IMG/VR virus record: IMGVR_UViG_3300020069_000003
Span: 13,481 to 77,480 of that record
DNA from: a virus
Lineage: Duplodnaviria > Caudoviricetes
Direction: 5' to 3' (one strand)
Length of the DNA stretch: 64,000 bases
Both the position numbers and the translations under genes were made by a program. Shown piece by piece: positions 55,644-63,617 of the stretch. The first letter of the stretch is position 1; every line of letters begins with the position of its first letter. Under the pieces are notes generated by a model. That model did not search any database. It saw only the letters and a program-made list of their open reading frames with translations, and was not told the origin of the DNA.

Positions 55644-55923
55644 CATGGGGTATACGCCCGGCTTTGAAGGACCGCACCCGAGCGAGCTGCCGGTATACGA
55701 CCCGGACGCTGACGAACCGGCCGACCGGTGCGCGCACAACGGGCTGTCGGACCACTGGCGCGGCGACGACAAGACCCCGCCCGGGTATGTCTGGTCGTGT
55801 CTGGAGCGGTGCGGCCGGGTCGGCAGCCAGACGTTCTACCCGGACGACCCGGACGGGTCGAACGTGCTAGGCTGGGGACGCGCGTCTCAGATACAGTAGT
55901 CAAACAACTCGGAGGTACGCCCG

Positions 55924-56171
55924 TGGCGGTGGAGACCAGATACATCTGTACCCGGAAGCGGGTGATCGACCAGGCCTCGGTCAAGGTCGAGCTGACCGCG
56001 TCGATCTACGGCCGGGACAACGTCGAGTGGTCGCCGTATACGCCGTCCGGCTCGATAGAGATGGTGGTGAACGGCCCGGCCGGGGCTGTCTTCGTCGAGG
56101 GCGGGTACTACCGGATCTTGATCGAGAAGACCTCGCCGGACCCGGACTACACCACCCCGCCCGGTCACTGA
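55924..56171 (+). CDS. Hypothetical protein
   Basis: GGAGG RBS; WSPYTPSGSIEM. Confidence 0.6.
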
Positions 56172-56186
56172 CCAGACACGACAGCG

Positions 56187-56217
56187 CCCCCTGTTCAGTT
56201 ACTGAACAGGGGGCGGT
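56187..56217. terminator. Bidirectional hairpin
   Basis: CGCCCCCTGTTCAG/CTGAACAGGGGGCG between convergent genes; related to the hairpin at 54274. Confidence 0.65.
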
Positions 56218-56233
56218 GGTGTAGGGGTCGGGG

Positions 56234-56443
56234 TCAGCAGCCGTGCTCGCGGACTGCCGTGTACAACGCCGCCGCCAGCGGCGACAGCACCAGCTCCGCC
56301 AGGTCGATCTCGGCGTCGGTGGTCCCGCCGTGGCTGTAGGAGCTGGCCGCCGACTCTGCCTCGTCCGCCAGCTCCCGCAACCGGTCGACCGGCAGGGTAA
56401 GGGAGATCTGGACGACGGCCTCGGGGTTCTCGGACAGTGCCAT
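56234..56443 (-). CDS. Hypothetical early protein
   Basis: GAGATG start with a leftward promoter upstream. Confidence 0.6.
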   Translation of the reverse strand: MALSENPEAVVQISLTLPVDRLRELADEAESAASSYSHGGTTDAEIDLAELVLSPLAAALYTAVREHGC

Positions 56444-56553
56444 CTCGTTAACTTCTTTCTGTCGGGGAGGGCGTCTCTCGTCCGCCTAGGACCAGTCAAC
56501 CATAGATTTGTCCCCCTGTCAATGTTGCCGACAGGGGGACCGGGCGTGGCGGA

Positions 56554-57333
56554 TCAGTCGCCAGCCGCTGCCTTCAGAGTGGCCTCGCGCTTGGCCTCGC
56601 GCAGCTGGCGCCCCTGCGGCGACAGCATCGACTCGGCCAGCTCGGTGCGGGTCGACCACGGCATGTCCTCGGAGTAGGCCGACTCCCAGCGGGTGCTGTC
56701 CGGGCGCATGTGACAGAACATCGTGCCGATGAAACGTCCGTTCTCGCGCAGCGACCACGTGACCAGGACGCCCGACTTGTGCCTGGTCTCCGACATCCCG
56801 GTGTAGGAGATCCAGCCCCGGGCGTTCACCGGCTGGCGCTCGACCGGGGTGACGAACCAGATCCGGGTGTCGTAGTCGATCCGGTACGCCCCCAGGGAGT
56901 CGCAGCTGGCGAGCAGGCACTGGGATCGGTCGTCGGCGCGCCGTGCCAGCGCCCACGTCCCGCTGGGTGCCACCTCGGCGACCTCCCAGATGTGGTCGGG
57001 GTCGTCGGACAGGGCGTTGCCCGGAACCATCGGGGTCATCAGGTCGCCGACCCGGGGACTGTCGGAGTGTCCGACACCGGCGGTGTCGGCGTGCGGCAGC
57101 TCGCTAGGGACGGCAAACTGCACCGGGCGCCGGGTGCCGTCGGCCAACGACCAGCTGAACCGGCCGCGCACGACCTGCAGGGCCCGGTTCGTGACGGTGT
57201 GCCGGACGGTGCCGCGCCCGGTGCTGTAGTTCACGCGGGTGACGCGGTACGGCAGCAGCTGCGGGTTGGAGTCGGTGCTCAAGGCGGAGACCACGAAGTC
57301 TCCGACGGACGGGGAGTAGTGGTGTGTGCTCAT
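56554..57333 (-). CDS. Hypothetical early protein
   Basis: 259 aa, GAGATG start. Confidence 0.6.
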   Translation of the reverse strand: MSTHHYSPSVGDFVVSALSTDSNPQLLPYRVTRVNYSTGRGTVRHTVTNRALQVVRGRFSWSLADGTRRPVQFAVPSELPHADTAGVGHSDSPRVGDLMTPMVPGNALSDDPDHIWEVAEVAPSGTWALARRADDRSQCLLASCDSLGAYRIDYDTRIWFVTPVERQPVNARGWISYTGMSETRHKSGVLVTWSLRENGRFIGTMFCHMRPDSTRWESAYSEDMPWSTRTELAESMLSPQGRQLREAKREATLKAAAGD

Positions 57334-57447
57334 CTCGGTAACCTTTCGACCGGCGGGGCCGGTCGGCCCCTATTTCCATCCAAGCATGGGGTTGCCCCAC
57401 TGTCAATATTTCCAACAGTGGGGCAACAGGCGGCATTCCCGCAGGGA

Positions 57448-58695
57448 CTACCGCACCGGGATCACCGTGGGTACAGGCTCCGCCGCCAGGTCCTCGTTGA
57501 TGACCCGCATCGCCACCCACTTCAGCCGGGCCTCGCGCACACCGTCGCGCGGTCCGTACCAGTAGGTGTGCCAGTGCGCCCGCCGGATGTGGGTGCGCCG
57601 CCTCCTGCCGGAGTTGTCGGCGCGGGCAGCCAGGACGGCCTGAGAACGGCGTTCGGCGGTCCTGGTGAGGGCGGGCCCGACCCGGTAGCCCAGGCTGTAC
57701 GTCTGGGCCGTCGGTGCGGCCTTCTCGGCCTGGCGCTTGCCGCTCTTGCGGGGCGGCCGGACCGGACGTGCAGCTGCCTGCAGGTCGGCGTTGACCGAGC
57801 AGCAGTACATCAGCACCGGCAGACAGATCCGCAGGATCGTACGGGTCCAGGCGCGGACCTGATCCCGGTCTCCCTTCTCCACCTCGACAGCGTCCCACTC
57901 GGCGGCACTCAGGTCGGACGCCGAGTCCACTGTGAACTCGTGGTCCAGCGGGACCGACACGCCCGACAGGTCCCAGTCGGTGGGCGTGTCCCCCGGCCGT
58001 CCGATCGAGGACAGCGCACAGATCTGGTAGTGCGACGCGGTCTCGTCGGCGGTGGAGGTGGAGTACTGGCCCAGACCCAGGCCGCGCACGAAGAAAGCCC
58101 ACGTGGTACCTTCGGACCCGTCCGCCAGCACCACCGGGATACCCTGCGGCAGCAGGAACACCGGGTCGGCGTGCGGCAGCTGGCGCAGGATCTGCGGCGG
58201 GATGGGGGAGCCGCCGGGGTCGGTGTCTATCAGGGCGCGGTGCAGGGCGGGGTCGACCGAGTAGGCGACTCGAAGTTTCTCCCAGTTCAGCGCCAGCTGC
58301 GTGTCGGACACCGACCTGCGCACGTAGGCCCGGTGCTCCGCAGTCATCTGGCGGAACACCTGCACCGCCGCCAGCCACCGGACCGAGGACCGGGTCTGTG
58401 TCCTCTTGGTGTCGGCCAGCGCCTCCAGGTTGAACTTCCACAGCACCCCGCGCCCGACGCCGAAGTACGCCTCGATCATCTCCAGCGCTCGCTTGGTCGA
58501 CATGTTCGGCGGGAGGGGGTGGTGTAGCGCCTTGGTTCTCTCGTAGGCCTGGTGGGCGCGCTGCCTCTGGCACCGGATGAGGTTGCGTATCTCCTCGGCG
58601 ACCTGTTCGGCAGGAACGTCGCCCGGGGCGTCGTACGCCATGACCTCGAACAGGTTCAGGTCGATCGGTATACCGGCTTCTCGATTCAGGTCCAC
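57448..58695 (-). CDS. Hypothetical protein
   Basis: Long ORF with RRRTHIRRAHWHTYWYGP and W...RVIN C-terminus; start uncertain. Confidence 0.7.
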   Translation of the reverse strand: MDLNREAGIPIDLNLFEVMAYDAPGDVPAEQVAEEIRNLIRCQRQRAHQAYERTKALHHPLPPNMSTKRALEMIEAYFGVGRGVLWKFNLEALADTKRTQTRSSVRWLAAVQVFRQMTAEHRAYVRRSVSDTQLALNWEKLRVAYSVDPALHRALIDTDPGGSPIPPQILRQLPHADPVFLLPQGIPVVLADGSEGTTWAFFVRGLGLGQYSTSTADETASHYQICALSSIGRPGDTPTDWDLSGVSVPLDHEFTVDSASDLSAAEWDAVEVEKGDRDQVRAWTRTILRICLPVLMYCCSVNADLQAAARPVRPPRKSGKRQAEKAAPTAQTYSLGYRVGPALTRTAERRSQAVLAARADNSGRRRRTHIRRAHWHTYWYGPRDGVREARLKWVAMRVINEDLAAEPVPTVIPVR

Positions 58696-59003
58696 AGCGA
58701 CTCCGGATCCTTCAATATCTTGATGGCCAAGGTAGCCGACACCTGATCCTGGCTGGTCGGCGACCACGGGTAGGTGCAGCGCCGGACCACGATCGACCAG
58801 GCGCGGTCGTTCTTGGCGATCGACACGAACACCAGGCGGCGATAGGTCGGCTCGGACCACAGGCGCCCGTACGCGTCGGCGGGGGTGGGCTCGTCGGCCG
58901 AGACCCACATCAGCGTCTCGAAGATGTCGTCGACCTTGTACCACGCCGATGAGGCGGCGGCCTGTTCGAAGGCCGCCGCCAGCTGCTCGTTCGGACTGGT
59001 CAC
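58686..59003 (-). CDS. Hypothetical protein
   Basis: Coupled ORF. Confidence 0.55.
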   Translation of the reverse strand: MTSPNEQLAAAFEQAAASSAWYKVDDIFETLMWVSADEPTPADAYGRLWSEPTYRRLVFVSIAKNDRAWSIVVRRCTYPWSPTSQDQVSATLAIKILKDPESLWT

Positions 59004-59332
59004 GCGATCACCAGCATCAACGCGTCGCCCAGCCGCTCGGCGGTGAGGGTGCGCGGGAACTCCTTGCCCTTGCGGCAGGTGCCGATGATCGCGTCCGCGC
59101 CGTTCCGGACCATCTTCTCGATGTTGACCGGGTTGGTGATGTAGGCGCGCCGGTCGGCCAGGTCGCCCGGGTAGGTCTCGACCGCACCGGCGCCCAGGTC
59201 TCCGCGCTGCCAGTTCTCGGCCGACGCGATGTAGCAGCGGGCCATCGTCAGGGCCATCCCGGACAGCGACAGCTCGGCCGCGATCTGGTCCAGGGTGACG
59301 GGGGAGGCGATGTTCTCGGTCATCTCGGTCAT
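59000..59332 (-). CDS. Hypothetical protein
   Basis: GAGATG start. Confidence 0.55.
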   Translation of the reverse strand: MTEMTENIASPVTLDQIAAELSLSGMALTMARCYIASAENWQRGDLGAGAVETYPGDLADRRAYITNPVNIEKMVRNGADAIIGTCRKGKEFPRTLTAERLGDALMLVIA

Positions 59333-59499
59333 CTCATTTCGACGTGGGGGCCGGGCGGCCCCGCTAAGACGATCCAATCATAGAATTGTCCCGCTGTCAA
59401 TATCGACAGCGGGACGTCGGCCACTAGTCGCGGTTGCGTATCCACACCACCGCGATGATGGTTGCGCAGATCGCGACTATCTCGATCACGTCGGGCCAG

Positions 59500-59733
59500 T
59501 TATCCATCGGCGTCCTCATCCCTCAGGTCGATCTCGTGGGTGCGCAGGTGGCCCCCGTACAGCCGGTACACGGCCTCCGATTTGCGGCGGTAGACTCTCT
59601 CCCAGCCGCAGTCGCACCAGGCCTGCCAGGCCCGGCGCCGCAGGCAGATACCGAACAGCTTGCGGCACCGAACGTTCGACCGGCGGTGGATTTGGTGTAC
59701 ACCGCACCTAGCCACGGCGGCTCTCCTCGACAC
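59500..59733 (-). CDS. Small zinc-finger protein
   Basis: WCDCGW...YGGH. Confidence 0.5.
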   Translation of the reverse strand: MSRRAAVARCGVHQIHRRSNVRCRKLFGICLRRRAWQAWCDCGWERVYRRKSEAVYRLYGGHLRTHEIDLRDEDADG

Positions 59734-59790
59734 CCGCGCGAAATGCGTCGGCGATCGAGGCCCACCACGCGCGGTGGAATATCTTGAACA

Positions 59791-60072
59791 TCAGTAGCCC
59801 TCCTCCAGGCCCCAGGCGGGCCAGTTCTCGAAGATGCGGAACAGGCCGTCGGCGACGGTGTCCTCCATGCTGCCCTCGGCGCAGTGTCCGCTGTCGACGT
59901 AGGTGCCCAGCGACACCGGCTGGCCGGTGGCGTCGTACGACACGCCGCCACTGAACAGCTCCCAGCGGCCCGACCGGGCCCGGTAGTACACCCCGACCCC
60001 GTTGACCTTGCCCTCGATCTGGATGGGGCAGGCGTCCGGGAACACCTTCAGGTGGATCTCGATCCCGGCCAT
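59791..60072 (-). CDS. Hypothetical protein
   Basis: ACPIQIEG...YYRARSGRW. Confidence 0.6.
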   Translation of the reverse strand: MAGIEIHLKVFPDACPIQIEGKVNGVGVYYRARSGRWELFSGGVSYDATGQPVSLGTYVDSGHCAEGSMEDTVADGLFRIFENWPAWGLEEGY

Positions 60073-60605
60073 CTCTCGTCCTCCTCGTGTCGCCGCTGCC
60101 TGGCGTTGTCCGCCGCCCGGCTGATGCTCCGGTCGGCCTCGGCCAGCAGCTCCATGGTGCGGGTGTTGGCGGGGTCGCCCCCGCCGTCCAGGTAGATCTG
60201 TGTCGCGGTTCTGGTCTCCGTCTCCGGCTCGTCCGTGGGCGGCTCGTAGGTCAGCATCCGCAGGTTGGCCTGCAGCTGAGCCGGGGTTCCGTGAAACGCG
60301 GGCTGGGTGAAGCACGAGAACCATTCGCTGACGTCCGGGCCCAGCGGCGGGTCGCCCGCCTTCGCCAGGTCCGGTCGGGTGACGCGGACGTTGCCGACCC
60401 GCTGGTCGTACGCCGGGAACTGCGCCAGCCGGGCGCCGATCAGCTCCACCCCGCGCTGCGACAGGTTGCGGATGTACCGCTTCCGCTCGCCGTACCGGTC
60501 CACCGCCTCGTAGGACAGGACATACGGGCGGGTGTTCTTGGGCGGGCGCAGACCGAACAGCCGACGCTTGGTCGACTGCGGCTTGCGCATGTCCACGGTG
60601 CGCAT
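60048..60605 (-). CDS. Hypothetical protein
   Basis: AAGGAG RBS, ATG 60605. Confidence 0.55.
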   Translation of the reverse strand: MRTVDMRKPQSTKRRLFGLRPPKNTRPYVLSYEAVDRYGERKRYIRNLSQRGVELIGARLAQFPAYDQRVGNVRVTRPDLAKAGDPPLGPDVSEWFSCFTQPAFHGTPAQLQANLRMLTYEPPTDEPETETRTATQIYLDGGGDPANTRTMELLAEADRSISRAADNARQRRHEEDERWPGSRST

Positions 60606-60667
60606 GTTACTCCTTGTATGAACGGCCCGGCGGCCGGGTGACCGCCGGGCGGGGGTGGTGCAGCGGG

Positions 60668-60871
60668 TCAGCCGTTCAGCTCGTCCTGGATCAGGCCCAG
60701 CGCGCCGTCGTGGCTGGCGACCTGCCCGAGGTGCTCCACGCCGCCGTCGGCCACGACGTGCACGTCGTACAGGTTGGACAGCTGCGCCACGACCAGGAAC
60801 ACCGTGCCGCCGGTCCGCACGGACCACAGGACGCCGTCGGTCTCTTCCACCAGCTTCAGATCGTTGCTCAT
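60668..60871 (-). CDS. Hypothetical protein
   Basis: GAGGAA RBS, GAGATG start. Confidence 0.55.
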   Translation of the reverse strand: MSNDLKLVEETDGVLWSVRTGGTVFLVVAQLSNLYDVHVVADGGVEHLGQVASHDGALGLIQDELNG

Positions 60872-60909
60872 CTCGGTTCCTCTTCCTACTTGACTAACTG
60901 ACAAGGGCC

Positions 60910-60938
60910 AGCTTACCAGTACCCTGCCCGGTTGTCAA
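60910..60938 (-). promoter_or_regulatory. Leftward promoter
   Basis: TTGACA-N17-TAAGCT on the minus strand. Confidence 0.7.
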
Positions 60939-61070
60939 GCCCTGGCTTGGGCTGCCCGGAGCGTGGCGCCGCACAGCCGCGCCGTGCTAGGGTGGTACCC
61001 GTCGCCGCTGCGGTTCGTGGGACCCAGGGATGTGTCCGAAGAAGCTCGGGTCGCAGCGGCGACGACCAAT

Positions 61071-61139
61071 GCGGGTGTGGTGGAGTAGTACCACGTCGGC
61101 CTCATAAGCCGAAGGCGCCGTGCGAATCGGACACCCGCT
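61071..61139 (+). tRNA. tRNA-Met(CAT), atypical T arm
   Basis: GCGGGTG/CACCCGC acceptor; GTGG/CCAC D stem; TCGGC-CTCATAA-GCCGA anticodon arm; T loop TGCGAAT; no encoded CCA. Confidence 0.75.
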
Positions 61140-61315
61140 ACGACTACTTGCAGCTGCTGCATTCGCTGGTAAGCCCGACCGATCCGGACCCGTTGTCGAC
61201 CGGTTTCCCGGGGGAGCAGCCTAAGGCGTGTAAGCAGGCTCAAGAGTCACCTGACCCCCGTCTTCCTCACTCGGTCGGCGGGGGTCAGCTATACTATCTA
61301 CCGGGGAGGTATCTG

Positions 61316-61408
61316 ATGAACTGGATGAAGAAGGTCGCACGTCGCTGGCCGTGCCTGTGCGGTGCGTCCTCGCACTGCGGGCGCTGCACCTGCTGCCCTG
61401 CCAAGTAG
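61316..61408 (+). CDS. Cys-rich micropeptide (30 aa)
   Basis: GGGGAGG RBS; MNWMKKVARRWPCLCGASSHCGRCTCCPAK. Confidence 0.55.
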   Translation: MNWMKKVARRWPCLCGASSHCGRCTCCPAK

Positions 61409-61464
61409 GCAGACACCGGGCCCGTCCGATCGCGTCGGACGGGCCCGAGGTGTACTCTGGGTCT

Positions 61465-61755
61465 ATGGACACCGCCGAAAGCTCCGCGTACGACTCGTAC
61501 CTGGGCGGCATGAACCCCGGTCCGAGGTACGACGGCCAGCCGAACGTCAAACCGGGCGACGACTCGCGCGGTACACCACCCCCTGCCGGTACACGCGTCC
61601 GCCACGTGCGTTCAGGAGAGACCGGCGAGGTCACCGGCGTGCACGTTCACGGCCACACGGGCGAGCGGATGCCGACGGTACGCTGGGACGGCCAGGCCGC
61701 CTCTGGCTTCACCTCCGACCAGGGATACAGTCTGGACAGCTTGACCAATCCGTAA
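61465..61755 (+). CDS. SH3/KOW-like domain protein (third paralog)
   Basis: AGTRVRHVRSGETGEVTG...PTVRWDG; leaderless. Confidence 0.6.
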   Translation: MDTAESSAYDSYLGGMNPGPRYDGQPNVKPGDDSRGTPPPAGTRVRHVRSGETGEVTGVHVHGHTGERMPTVRWDGQAASGFTSDQGYSLDSLTNP

Positions 61756-61764
61756 GGAGACGAC

Positions 61765-61935
61765 ATGTTCGGTGTTGCAGCGGTGGTTCTGTTCACGATC
61801 GCCACGATCTTCTCGGGCGCTGCCGTCCACGTCGACAGTGCGTGGCTTCAGCCGGGCACGCTGGTCGACGCCGGTCTGGCCTGCCTCTCGGTTCATCTGC
61901 TGTGGCCGACCCCGGTGCCCTGGCGTCGTCCGTAA
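61765..61935 (+). CDS. Small membrane protein
   Basis: AAGGAG RBS; MFGVAAVVLFTIATIF...WRRP. Confidence 0.55.
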   Translation: MFGVAAVVLFTIATIFSGAAVHVDSAWLQPGTLVDAGLACLSVHLLWPTPVPWRRP

Positions 61936-61957
61936 GCACCGTGCTAGCCTGCTCGGC

Positions 61958-62257
61958 ATGAGCCAATACCCCGAGCACGACAAGATGGAGACGGTCCAGG
62001 ACGAAGCTCGCGCGGTCAGCGCATTCTTGGAGTGGCTGATCGAAGAGCGCGGCGTTACGCTGTGCCGGGACGACGGCCGGGGACGCCTGGAGCCATTCCC
62101 GGTCAACATCGAATCCCTGCTGGCCGGGCACTTCAAGATCAATTTGTCCAAGATCGACGCCGAGAAGGAGCAGATGCTCCAGGACTTGCGTACGGCCAAC
62201 GAACAAGCCCGTGCCGGTGTGGTAGAATCCCGGGGACGCACAGCCGACACCCCCTGA
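61958..62257 (+). CDS. Hypothetical protein
   Basis: YPEHDKM...FLEWL...GVTLC; leaderless. Confidence 0.65.
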   Translation: MSQYPEHDKMETVQDEARAVSAFLEWLIEERGVTLCRDDGRGRLEPFPVNIESLLAGHFKINLSKIDAEKEQMLQDLRTANEQARAGVVESRGRTADTP

Positions 62258-62789
62258 CCGGACCGAGAACGGGCCAGCCCGCGTGGTGACGGGTTCCAAC
62301 AGGCGTTCTCTGCGTGGCAGGGGTCGGGTCGACGGATTCGGGGGCTGTGAGACGTCGGCTTACGGGACGGTATCGACCTCCAGAGAGGTTCCGGGTCAGT
62401 GACCACGGGGCAGCAGCTCCACGGTCCAGCGCGACGTTACACTTCTCCCCCGGTGGCCGAAAGCACGGGGGAGAAGCTGTGTGCTAGGGTGGTCCCAGGT
62501 ACGAGACAAGATCAGCATCCAGCTGGAGTCGAGTGCCGTCGCGTGGTTTACGGGCTTACTCCCCAAGGTGCCCGGCGCCTCAGCGACTACGCCTGTTGAG
62601 CGAGCTTGGGAGAAGGCGGCAGTGTCGCGCCGTATCCCTCGTGACGCGAAAGATGGGCTGATTGACAGTGTCGAGGCCGACCCCGGTTTAGGTGGAGCAG
62701 GGCTGCGGACCGTATCCCGCAGCACGCAGAGAAGCCGCCCCCAGGTGGATACGGTGGGGTTAGAAGCCGGGGCCGGTCTCGACACGCAC

Positions 62790-62873
62790 GGAGAAGCCGC
62801 CGATTTGGCGACGGCAGCACACTGCTAATGTGTAGGCCCCCGGGTCTTGCGGGTTCGACTCCCGCCTTCTCCG
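62790..62873 (+). tRNA. tRNA-Ser(GCT)
   Basis: GGAGAAG/CTTCTCC acceptor; GCCG/CGGC D stem; GCACA-CTGCTAA-TGTGT; long variable arm; GCGGG-TTCGACT-CCCGC; G discriminator; no encoded CCA. Confidence 0.85.
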
Positions 62874-62913
62874 CTCCTCGCCGCACCCCAGAACCGCGTG
62901 CTATCCTGGCGTC

Positions 62914-63168
62914 ATGACAGCTGTATTCGCCTCGCCGCCGGAGCCGGGTACCAGACCTAAGTACCCGTTCGCCGAGTGGCTGAACGGTCAGCAGTGGGTG
63001 CTGACCCGGGGCCGGGACTACTGGGGACACCCCGACGTCCTGATCCGCAGCATCGAGGCCTCCGCCCGCGCCCGGCGCCTGCGGGTAACCTGCACCTACG
63101 ACACCAACACCCGCTGCGTCTACGTGCGCGCCTCTACCTGGAACCCTGATGGTGAGACTGACGCCTGA
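62914..63168 (+). CDS. Small hypothetical protein (YPW.EW.DG type)
   Basis: KYPFAEWLNGQQWVLTRGRDY. Confidence 0.65.
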   Translation: MTAVFASPPEPGTRPKYPFAEWLNGQQWVLTRGRDYWGHPDVLIRSIEASARARRLRVTCTYDTNTRCVYVRASTWNPDGETDA

Positions 63169-63343
63169 CCACTGGGCGGCTATGACCATGCGCGCCGACG
63201 GACACACCTACGCCACCATCGCCCTCGAACAGGACTGCAGCCTCGACGAGGCCAAGAATCGGGTGCAGGCGGTGGTGAAGGTGCTGCAACTGCGCCTGCT
63301 GAACGAAGTGGGGAACGATGGTGGCGAAGAGAACGGCAGCTGA
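63149..63343 (+). CDS. Small HTH-like protein
   Basis: GHTYATIALEQDCSLDEAKNRV. Confidence 0.5.
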   Translation: MVRLTPDHWAAMTMRADGHTYATIALEQDCSLDEAKNRVQAVVKVLQLRLLNEVGNDGGEENGS

Positions 63344-63617
63344 GCGCTATGCCGCCCGCAAGATACGGGTGGCGGTTGACTTACGTGCCCGTACGATCGC
63401 GGCGGCCGACCAGGGAGCGCACCACGCCCGCCTGCGCGCGAGGTACGGTCCGGACTGGCGCGGGGTGCTGCACAGGAGTCTACAGCGTCAACTGGACGAG
63501 TGGTACGCCGTGGTCGAGCGTAACCCATACCGCAGCCTGTCCGACCCCGAAATCGGGTATTATGACTCGGAACGCGCCGGGCTGTTTCTGCGCCGACCGG
63601 GCAGAGGGGGGTGGTGA
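63318..63617 (+). CDS. Hypothetical protein
   Basis: Coupled ORF. Confidence 0.5.
   Translation: MVAKRTAAERYAARKIRVAVDLRARTIAAADQGAHHARLRARYGPDWRGVLHRSLQRQLDEWYAVVERNPYRSLSDPEIGYYDSERAGLFLRRPGRGGW

Larger units (their letters stand above)
693..63616. repeat. Dispersed G-rich motif GG(C/A)GGGGGTGGTG(T/C)A, about 50 copies
   Basis: By eye, about 38 plus-strand and about 15 minus-strand copies of the GGGGTGGTG core. Confidence 0.9.

Noticed and set aside
60999-61064. SRP 4.5S RNA
   Set aside because: Only a loose resemblance (TCCGAAGAAGC); the conserved GNRA-capped helix 8 pattern is not convincing.
62341-62790. tmRNA, suggested by GGGGCTG...TCGAC
   Set aside because: No matching 3' T arm/acceptor CCA or tag reading frame was found; the nearby T arm belongs to tRNA-Ser.
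62481-62828. 115-aa ORF
   Set aside because: No RBS or motif, it runs into tRNA-Ser, and the region is better explained as structured RNA.
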